From the NCBI GenBank assembly GCA_903944135.1, contig CAJAQL010000005.1, positions 1 through 49,465 of the forward strand: a DNA stretch of 49,465 nucleotides, given 5' to 3'. Below the pieces are notes generated by a model, which saw only the letters and a program-made list of their open reading frames with translations, was not told the origin of the DNA and did no database searches. Below, piece after piece: positions 43,263-49,465 of this stretch; positions within the stretch are counted from its first letter, which is position 1; every line of letters starts with the position of its first letter. Source of the DNA: an uncultured Parcubacteria group bacterium. GTDB taxonomy: Bacteria > Patescibacteriota > Minisyncoccia > UBA6257 > 2-01-FULL-56-20. Made by a program: the position numbers and the translations under genes.

Positions 43263-43742
43263 TTATGCGGCAATCTGCTCCTTCGCTGAGTTGGCCCCTG
43301 GTTCGGGGGTGGCGGAAAGCATCACGGCAAGAGTATCCATGTAATCGCGCCAATGAATTATTTTGCGATCTTCAATGGTGATGATGGAGCAAAAATGGTT
43401 ATGGTAATCCTTTCCCGTGGAAGGAACCGTCCCGTGCACCTCGTATTCCAGAATGATAACGTTTTTGGGTTGCGCTGATTTATATATCCGTAAATGATCG
43501 GCTGAGTGAATGACGTTGGTATAACCTTCGAACCAGTCCATGTATGCTTGACGCCCCTCGATTTTATTGGTGAATCCAGGAAAGTCGTACTGAAACTCAA
43601 AGACGGCATTTTCGGCTACGGCATCCCAGAAATGCCCTCCGTCAACCTCGCCGTTCAATCCCTTCATGATGATACGGTAAAACGGTTCGGCATTTTTATT
43701 AAACGCGGGATAACTTCCGTTGGTTCTCTCTTTCTTATCCAT
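43263..43742 (-). CDS. SnoaL/NTF2-like fold protein
   Basis: Size and pattern (HFWDAVAENAVFEF...IEGRQAYMDWF...EYEVHGTV...FCSIITIEDRKIIHWRDYMD) fit the NTF2-like cone fold. TAAAAT lies 7 nt upstream of the ATG. Confidence 0.6.
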   Translation of the reverse strand: MDKKERTNGSYPAFNKNAEPFYRIIMKGLNGEVDGGHFWDAVAENAVFEFQYDFPGFTNKIEGRQAYMDWFEGYTNVIHSADHLRIYKSAQPKNVIILEYEVHGTVPSTGKDYHNHFCSIITIEDRKIIHWRDYMDTLAVMLSATPEPGANSAKEQIAA

Positions 43743-43771
43743 GGTGCTAATTTTATATCAAATCAGCGCTG

Positions 43772-43858
43772 CGGAGAGGGTGAGATTCGAACTCACGGAG
43801 CCCTTTCGAGCTCACCGCATTTCGAGTGCGGCGCCTTCGACCACTCAGCCACCTCTCC
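43772..43858 (-). tRNA. tRNA-Ser (anticodon CGA), long variable arm, no encoded CCA
   Basis: Reverse complement GGAGAGGTGGCTGAGTGGTCGAAGGCGCCGCACTCGAAATGCGGTGAGCTCGAAAGGGCTCCGTGAGTTCGAATCTCACCCTCTCCG. It has a 7-bp acceptor stem, T-loop TTCGAAT and anticodon loop CTCGAAA. Confidence 0.92.
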
Positions 43859-43868
43859 TTTGCGGTTC

Positions 43869-43897
43869 ATTGTATGAGGATTTTTAAGATAAGGCAA
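43869..43897 (-). promoter_or_regulatory. promoter of tRNA-Ser
   Basis: Minus strand reads TTGCCT, 17 nt, TACAAT, then 9 nt to tRNA position 1. Confidence 0.55.
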
Positions 43898-44037
43898 ATT
43901 GTAATGATTCCTCGCCCCTCAAAAATCCTTGGAGCAGGCTCCGCTCGGGATGATGGTGATTTTTTAGTTAAACTTCACCATTAAATTTTTCTTAAAGAAC
44001 ATTTTGAGATCAGATTTTTATTTGATAGAACGGATAG

Positions 44038-45162
44038 ATGAAAAATAAAATAATTGTATTTGCCGCGATGGCGGCGATGATCATTGCGGGATGCGGGGCG
44101 ATGCCGGTGCGGATCGGCGCGGCGTACCGATTTTCCAATTTTAAAGGGAAACCGCCGATTCATATAAAAACTTCGGGAGGGAAATCTCCGTCGGGCATTA
44201 CGCCAAGCAAGATAAAGAAAATATATAATCTGCCGGCGACGGGCGGCGGGGGAACGATCGCGATCATTGACGCATATGATGATGCGACCATCGAAAAGGA
44301 TCTTGGTATCTTTGATGGTGCTTATGATCTTCCGGCGTGCACTGCGAAGAACGGATGTCTCGAGAAGCATCTCATGGCCACATCGACAAAAACGGACAGC
44401 GGCTGGGCGCTTGAGACGTCGCTTGATGTCGAATGGGCGCATGCCATGGCGCCGCAGGCGAAGATATTACTGGTCGAAGCACAAACGCCGAGTGGCGCGA
44501 ACCTGCTTTCGGCGATCGATTACGCGGCTAGCCGCAAAGATGTTGTATCTGTTTCGATGAGCTGGGGCGGAGATGAATTTTCGGATGAGCTATCTTACGA
44601 TTCGCATTTCATGGGAAAATATGGCGCAGTATTCTTTGCTTCATCCGGAGATAATGGTGCGGGTGTGAGCTGGCCGGCGGTGTCGCCGTCGGTCATCGGT
44701 GTCGGCGGTACGTCGCTCGCGTTAACGGCTTCTGGAACATTGGTTTCGGAAGCGGCATGGTCGGGGAGCGGCGGCGGCGTGAGTGCTTATGAGGTTCAGC
44801 CGGATTATCAAAAAACGTATGCCGTGCCCAGGGCGAAGGGCATGCGCGCCGTGCCGGATGTCTCATATGATGCCGACCCGGCTTCGGGGTATGCCGTCTA
44901 TAAGACGACCGGTTCTTCGAAGAACGGCTGGTATACGGTTGGCGGCACGAGCGCCGGTGCGCCTCAGTGGGCCGCGGTTTACGCGCTCGGACATTCAGCC
45001 ACGCTTGCAAACATGTACGCCGACAAGGCATCGTCCAGCACGCTCAAATTCTTCAGGGACATCGCCAGTGGATCGAACGGAACATGCAAATATTATTGCG
45101 ATGCACGGAAGCGTTACGATTACGTGACTGGACTTGGCAGTCCGCAGACGGTGAATTTCTGA
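44038..45162 (+). CDS. S53 (sedolisin/kumamolisin-like) serine peptidase, probable lipoprotein
   Basis: Lipobox-like AAMIIAGC, IAIIDAYD, ETSLDVEWAHAMAP, and the catalytic GGTSAGAPQWAA. Confidence 0.75.
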   Translation: MKNKIIVFAAMAAMIIAGCGAMPVRIGAAYRFSNFKGKPPIHIKTSGGKSPSGITPSKIKKIYNLPATGGGGTIAIIDAYDDATIEKDLGIFDGAYDLPACTAKNGCLEKHLMATSTKTDSGWALETSLDVEWAHAMAPQAKILLVEAQTPSGANLLSAIDYAASRKDVVSVSMSWGGDEFSDELSYDSHFMGKYGAVFFASSGDNGAGVSWPAVSPSVIGVGGTSLALTASGTLVSEAAWSGSGGGVSAYEVQPDYQKTYAVPRAKGMRAVPDVSYDADPASGYAVYKTTGSSKNGWYTVGGTSAGAPQWAAVYALGHSATLANMYADKASSSTLKFFRDIASGSNGTCKYYCDARKRYDYVTGLGSPQTVNF

Positions 45163-45186
45163 GACGCGCTATTTTTTACTTTCTAT

Positions 45187-45257
45187 CTGTCGTCCCCGGG
45201 AAAACGGGGACCCAGGTTATTATCATTCTGGATTCCCGCCTGCGCGGGAATGACAAG
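45187..45257. repeat. GC-rich palindromic repeat, type I
   Basis: CTGTCGTCCCCGGGAAAACGGGGACCCAGG..CTGGATTCCCGCCTGCGCGGGAATGACAAG. Confidence 0.85.
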
Positions 45258-45282
45258 AAAGAGGATGAAACATAAAGATTCG

Positions 45283-45291
45283 TGTTATAAT
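45283..45291 (+). promoter_or_regulatory. extended -10 box 6 nt upstream of ATG 45298
   Basis: TGtTATAAT, gggtat, ATG. Confidence 0.5.
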
Positions 45292-45297
45292 GGGTAT

Positions 45298-46023
45298 ATG
45301 AAGATCGAATGGAACAAGGTGACATGGTATTCGAAGCTCCTGGCGCTCATACTTTTTGTTGTGTTGCCATTCGCCGGATTTTACTTTGGTGTTCGATATG
45401 GCGTCGCACAGCAACGTGCGGCAAATATCCTCTCCGATTCAAAAAATACTCCATCGTCAGCGTCGATAACATTATCACAGAACGAAGATGCCTATTATGA
45501 AAATGTCTCCGCGTGGCAGACCGACCAAAATAATAGCGGATGGAGCATCGCGTATCCACTCGACTTTTCGGTCAATGACAATCATTCGGCATCAACGACC
45601 GATGACTGGTCGATGAACGCATTCGGTACGGTGGGCCTCAAGGCTTTCGAACTCGATATTCCAAAGATGTTTGAGCCGCAGACGAATTTTGCCGATGCGA
45701 AATTGACGGTCGGGCGAAGTGGCGATGCTATGGCCGTCAAGGAATGTTTGTCGCCAGGCACGGAAGGATCGACATCGTTTGCGGCGACCACGATCAATGG
45801 GATTGATTTTCTGAAAGCGACATCCTCCGATGCGGGTGCGGGGAATTATTATGAGACAACGAGTTACCGCACGCTCCATGCCGGGCAATGCTATGCGATC
45901 GAATATACGATCCATTCGTCGCAGATCGGGAATTATCCTCCGGAATATCAACTGAAGCCATTTGATAAAACAAAATTGACCGACGTGCTTGATCGGATAG
46001 TGGGGACATTCAAGTTCGAATGA
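45298..46023 (+). CDS. membrane-anchored hypothetical protein
   Basis: MKIEWNKVTWYSKLLALILFVVLPFAGFYFGV anchor and an extracytoplasmic domain with no recognisable motif. Confidence 0.55.
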   Translation: MKIEWNKVTWYSKLLALILFVVLPFAGFYFGVRYGVAQQRAANILSDSKNTPSSASITLSQNEDAYYENVSAWQTDQNNSGWSIAYPLDFSVNDNHSASTTDDWSMNAFGTVGLKAFELDIPKMFEPQTNFADAKLTVGRSGDAMAVKECLSPGTEGSTSFAATTINGIDFLKATSSDAGAGNYYETTSYRTLHAGQCYAIEYTIHSSQIGNYPPEYQLKPFDKTKLTDVLDRIVGTFKFE

Positions 46024-46072
46024 ATTTATCTCCAAGATTTTCCATAAAGTTCGGAATGACAGCATTTCATCT

Positions 46073-46762
46073 ATGAAACCAAAAGCTCAAAAAATAACGG
46101 TCATTATTGTTTTCTTGCTTGTTATTATTTTTGGTATCGGGCAATTCTTCGGGCGTATTCCGATTTCCGGCAATAATGCGACCGACCAGAATACGGTGGT
46201 TACTCCAACTCCGACGCCAACGCAGATCGTCGCTTTCATTCCGCAACCCGCAAGTTCCACGCCGGTCATTAAGGGTTCCTGCTGGACGAGTTCCATCGCG
46301 GCACCGTATCGCACGGATGCCTGGCGTTGTACGGTGGGGAACAGTATCCAGGATCCATGTTTCGCGATAAGCGGAAGCACGAGCACCTTGCTCTGCGGTA
46401 TGGATCCAGCCAACCCTGCGGCAACATCGAGTTTTGTCCTGTCTCTTGTAAAACCTCTTCCGGTCACAAGCAGTTCTATTCCTGAAATTCCGGGCAATTG
46501 GGCATGGCTCGTGAAATTGCAAGATGGAACAGTCTGTTCGCCGTTTACGGGAACGCTGCCGTTCGCGGCGGATCAGGAGGTTGCAGAATACGGTTGTGCG
46601 CCAAAAGTACCCGGTGGTCCGGCGTGGGATATTTTCGGTGATCTGAACGCTTCTTCCAGCGTTTGGACGGCAAAGATAGGAATGCTTTCCGCATCAACCT
46701 CGACTTTCCCGCCCCCGATTGTTACCTCATCCGTTGTTTCCGTGATGTCGGTCTGGCAATAG
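46073..46762 (+). CDS. membrane-anchored or secreted Cys-containing hypothetical protein
   Basis: MKPKAQKITVIIVFLLVIIFGIG anchor and 8 Cys in the mature part. Confidence 0.55.
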   Translation: MKPKAQKITVIIVFLLVIIFGIGQFFGRIPISGNNATDQNTVVTPTPTPTQIVAFIPQPASSTPVIKGSCWTSSIAAPYRTDAWRCTVGNSIQDPCFAISGSTSTLLCGMDPANPAATSSFVLSLVKPLPVTSSSIPEIPGNWAWLVKLQDGTVCSPFTGTLPFAADQEVAEYGCAPKVPGGPAWDIFGDLNASSSVWTAKIGMLSASTSTFPPPIVTSSVVSVMSVWQ

Positions 46763-46796
46763 ATTTTTGTCATTCTATATTGTCATTATGTTTTTC

Positions 46797-46870
46797 TGTC
46801 ATCCCGTTGAAAAACGGGATCCAGATTTGAAGAAGAAAAAACTGGGTTCCCGCCTGCGCGGGAACGACAA
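46797..46870. repeat. GC-rich palindromic repeat, type I
   Basis: CTGTCATCCCGTTGAAAAACGGGATCCAG..CTGGGTTCCCGCCTGCGCGGGAACGACAA. Confidence 0.85.
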
Positions 46871-46916
46871 TGATATAAGGATAAGAAGGGAAGAGGATGT
46901 TTTTGAAAATCGTTCC

Positions 46917-46925
46917 TGTTATACT
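46917..46925 (+). promoter_or_regulatory. extended -10 box 7 nt upstream of the second pilB ATG
   Basis: TGtTATACT, gtaatca, ATG 46933. Confidence 0.5.
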
Positions 46926-46932
46926 GTAATCA

Positions 46933-48612
46933 ATGACCGATGCACCGAAAGGGCAAGATGATCTTCATTCGCAGCTCGCGAAGATCCGGCGTGCCGGCGA
47001 GGAGCGCGCGGCGGAGCGTCTTGCGGAAAAATTAGGATATCCTTATGCCGACCTCTCCAAAATGCCGGTTTCTTTGGATGCCGTTCGTACGATCCCTGAG
47101 GCTGATGCGCGCGACGGGAAGATATCCGCCATCGAGGTACGCGACAAGAAGATCGCTGTCGTCGCAGTGAATCCGATCTTGCCCGCAACCATGAAGGCGC
47201 TCAATGATCTTGCCGCACAGAAGTACGAGACGAAAGTCTTCGTGGTGTCGCCATCAAGCCTGGAGGCGGCATTTGCCCTATATAAGTTCGTGAAGCCGCC
47301 GACGGAGTCCGTTGCGGGTAAAGTCGCCATTTCAAAGAATCGTCTCGAAGAGTTAACGGGCCAGCTCGTGACGCTTGAAGCCATCCATACTACGATCATG
47401 AATCTGGACTTTACGAAAGCTTCACCGAGCGATCTTATCCAGATATTGTTCGCGGGAGCGCTTGCGGTCCATGCGTCTGATATTCACACTGAAGCAGGGG
47501 AAAAGCAGGCAAAGATCCGTTTCCGCGTGGATGGCCTTTTGCATGATATCTGCGATCTTCCGCTTCCGTTCTATGCCAATTTCGTCTCACGCGTGAAATT
47601 GCTTTCGGAGATGAAAATCAATGTCCGGAACGAAGCGCAGGACGGGCGCTTCACGATCAATCTTGCTGGCAAGGATATCGAAATGCGCGTTTCGGTCATT
47701 CCGGCGGAGTTCGGCGAAACGATCGTCATGCGTGTTCTTGATCCGTCGGCTACGATGGTCGGTTTGCCGAGCCTTGGTTTGCGCACCGACAATCTCGTGA
47801 TCGTAAAGAGGGCGCTCGACCGGCCGAATGGCCTTATTTTAAACACTGGCCCGACGGGCTCCGGCAAAACGACGACGCTCTACGCATTTCTTCGTTCCGT
47901 GAACAGTCCGGAGATGAAGATCATCACGCTTGAAGATCCGATCGAATACCGCATCGAGGGCATTGAACAGACCCAAGTGGATGAGGAGGCGGGATACACG
48001 TTCGCGAACGGCCTTCGCGCCATCGTCCGGCAGGATCCTGACGTGATCCTCGTCGGCGAAATCCGCGATCTCGAAACGGCTGATATTGCCATGCAATCGG
48101 CTTTGACCGGACATCTCGTGCTCTCGACGCTCCATACGAACGACGCGGTCGGTGCCGTACCGCGGCTCATCAATCTTGGCGTGAAAGCGGTTTCGATCGG
48201 GCCGGCATTGGCGCTCGTGATCGCCCAGAGGCTGGTTCGCGTGCTATGCCCCGAGTGTAAAAAGGAAGTACCTATCGATGACGCAATGAACGAAAAAATA
48301 AAAGCATTGCTTGCCCGTTTGCCTGCGCAGGTCGACAAAACGCTCTATGAGCATCCGACGTTTTTCGCTCCGGTCGGTTGCCCTAAATGCAACGGCATTG
48401 GTTATAAAGGGCGCGTTGGTATTTTTGAATTTCTGGAAGGCGGTCCCGATCTTGAAACTACGATACTTCATGAGGCGTCCGAAGTTGCGCTCCGCGAAGT
48501 GGCGAAACGACAGGGGATGGTCTCGATGCAGGAAGACGGAATCCTAAAGGCGATCGAAGGAAAGACGACGCTCGATGAAGTAAAGGATGCGACCGGTGAG
48601 CTTGCGTGGTGA
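46933..48612 (+). CDS. pilB: second PilB/GspE-family pilus assembly ATPase (diverged paralogue)
   Basis: GPTGSGKTTT, LVGEIRD, LTGHLVLSTLHTND, CPECK...CPKCNG, and an N-terminal T2SSE_N-like region. Confidence 0.9.
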   Translation: MTDAPKGQDDLHSQLAKIRRAGEERAAERLAEKLGYPYADLSKMPVSLDAVRTIPEADARDGKISAIEVRDKKIAVVAVNPILPATMKALNDLAAQKYETKVFVVSPSSLEAAFALYKFVKPPTESVAGKVAISKNRLEELTGQLVTLEAIHTTIMNLDFTKASPSDLIQILFAGALAVHASDIHTEAGEKQAKIRFRVDGLLHDICDLPLPFYANFVSRVKLLSEMKINVRNEAQDGRFTINLAGKDIEMRVSVIPAEFGETIVMRVLDPSATMVGLPSLGLRTDNLVIVKRALDRPNGLILNTGPTGSGKTTTLYAFLRSVNSPEMKIITLEDPIEYRIEGIEQTQVDEEAGYTFANGLRAIVRQDPDVILVGEIRDLETADIAMQSALTGHLVLSTLHTNDAVGAVPRLINLGVKAVSIGPALALVIAQRLVRVLCPECKKEVPIDDAMNEKIKALLARLPAQVDKTLYEHPTFFAPVGCPKCNGIGYKGRVGIFEFLEGGPDLETTILHEASEVALREVAKRQGMVSMQEDGILKAIEGKTTLDEVKDATGELAW

Positions 48613-48707
48613 TCTTTTCTCTCGTCCCGGTGCATGAGACATGTCCCTTTTTTATCCTGAAACTTGCCTAAAGAAGCTGTTCCTTGGGTAAGTTTTTCTT
48701 GTCATAG

Positions 48708-48716
48708 TGATATAAT
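48708..48716 (+). promoter_or_regulatory. extended -10 box 6 nt upstream of ATG 48723
   Basis: TGaTATAAT, ttctcc, ATG. Confidence 0.5.
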
Positions 48717-48722
48717 TTCTCC

Positions 48723-49465
48723 ATGTATCATCGTTTTTCTCACGAGGCTTTCACCCTGATCGATCCCCGTCTTCACGGGGATGACAAGAGGTTTCAAGGC
48801 TTCACCTTGATTGAATTGTTGATCGTGATCGCCATCATCGCCATCCTCAGTATCGTCGTCGTCCTCACCCTCAACCCCGCAGAGATGCTCCGTCAGGGCA
48901 GGGACAGCAACCGCTCCTCTGATCTCGATACCCTGACCCATGCCTTATCCCTCTATCAGACGGACCAATCGGTAACGAGCGGATCGGGTTCCCTCGGCTC
49001 ATCCACCCTCATCTATCTCTCCCTGCCGGACAGCTCAAGCACCTGCGGCTCCTGGAATCTCCCGTCTCCTCCCGCGGGCTACAGCTATCAGTGCGCTCCC
49101 ACGAGTTCCTACCGGAATACGAATGGTCAGGGCTGGATCCCCGTGAACCTCGCTTCCACGACGACCGGGAATCCTCTGGGCCAGCTTCCGATAGATCCCA
49201 CGAATGCCTCTTCCTCCGGCCTCTATTACGCCTATACGACGAACGGCATCCAGTATGAGGTCACGTCCCTCTACGAATCAAGCAAATACAAGGCATCATC
49301 AGCCCAGAATCCAACGATTCCTTCCTATCCCGAGGTCAACGCCAAAGGATCAAATCTTGCCCTGAATCCGCTCTTCAGTTCCCAGGGACTTGTCGGTTAT
49401 TGGCCTCTCGATGAAGGCAATGGATCTACGACCCAGGATCTGTCGGGCAACGGGAATACGGGAAC
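48723..49465 (+). CDS. LamG-type large pilin, paralogue of 10590-11936 (partial; runs off the window)
   Basis: Not in the ORF track because there is no stop in the window. My translation: MYHRFSHEAFTLIDPRLHGDDKRFQG|FTLIELLIVIAIIAILSIVVVLTLNPAEMLRQGRDS...GYSYQC...GLVGYWPLDEGNGSTTQDLSGNGNTG, collinear with the 10590 gene. Confidence 0.75.
   Translation, partial: MYHRFSHEAFTLIDPRLHGDDKRFQGFTLIELLIVIAIIAILSIVVVLTLNPAEMLRQGRDSNRSSDLDTLTHALSLYQTDQSVTSGSGSLGSSTLIYLSLPDSSSTCGSWNLPSPPAGYSYQCAPTSSYRNTNGQGWIPVNLASTTTGNPLGQLPIDPTNASSSGLYYAYTTNGIQYEVTSLYESSKYKASSAQNPTIPSYPEVNAKGSNLALNPLFSSQGLVGYWPLDEGNGSTTQDLSGNGNTG
48755..48788 (+). repeat. single repeat hairpin unit inside the pilin leader-peptide coding region
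   Basis: CTGATCGATCCCCGTCTTCACGGGGATGACAAG, translated as LIDPRLHGDDK. Confidence 0.7.

Noticed and set aside
43506-43877. ORF 43506-43877 (+)
   Set aside because: It overlaps the SnoaL-like gene in antisense and runs through the tRNA-Ser gene, so it is spurious.
46933-48612. The second pilus ATPase as the PilT retraction motor
   Set aside because: It is 559 aa with an N-terminal T2SSE_N-like extension and a tetracysteine motif, like PilB/GspE. PilT proteins are about 350 aa and lack these features.
10431-48788. The abundant GC-rich repeats as a CRISPR array
   Set aside because: The units are self-palindromic and scattered singly or in pairs across different intergenic regions. They are not regularly spaced with unique spacers of constant length, and no cas genes are present.
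1-49465. Alternative genetic code (UGA recoded, as in some candidate phyla)
   Set aside because: Conserved proteins (PilB, MurA, GlyRS, RecR, TrmD) are full length under the standard code, and several genes terminate at TGA (for example 1638-1640 and 11934-11936).

Overview
The 49.5-kb window has two compositional compartments. Positions 1-6254 are visibly AT-rich and look like the right part of an integrated island. It carries a ParB-fold protein translationally coupled to a Dam-class methyltransferase, several unknown genes, a near-consensus promoter and a large serine recombinase. It ends at the 3' end of tRNA-Ala(UGC). From 6255 onward the sequence is GC-rich and gene-dense under the standard genetic code. 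The gene content suggests a small-genome, CPR/Patescibacteria-like bacterium, but that is inference only. This part encodes rpmE and two type IV pilus modules (pilB-pilC-pilin-LamG pilin, and a second pilB plus LamG pilin). It also encodes a third pilin, an FMN-binding/ApbE/membrane FNR-like flavin module, a GH18 protein, recO, glyQS, murA, recR and a DUF763/HhH protein. Further genes are an AbrB-MacA-MacB-like pump, an ABC-2 exporter, a sigma-region-4/HARE-HTH protein, and a membrane protein paired with a TraD/VirD4-like ATPase. The remaining genes are trmD, a CYTH protein, a split comEC (channel plus MBL genes), an exonuclease, an S53 peptidase and tRNA-Ser(CGA). I saw no rRNA genes, CRISPR arrays or cas genes. 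Four signals are not explained by the gene list. (1) A family of GC-rich nested-palindromic repeats fills almost every intergenic gap of the GC-rich part, and its side-hairpin stems differ between copies while staying complementary. (2) Copies of this repeat lie in frame inside coding sequence: the trmD linker, the leader peptides of both LamG pilins, and the comEC tail. (3) An (extended) -10 box recurs 6-7 nt upstream of start codons at about 17 genes with almost no Shine-Dalgarno motifs, which implies widespread leaderless mRNAs. (4) The island's ParB-like/Dam pair is a candidate uncharacterised modification or defence module. All functional calls come from motif recognition by eye; no searches were run.
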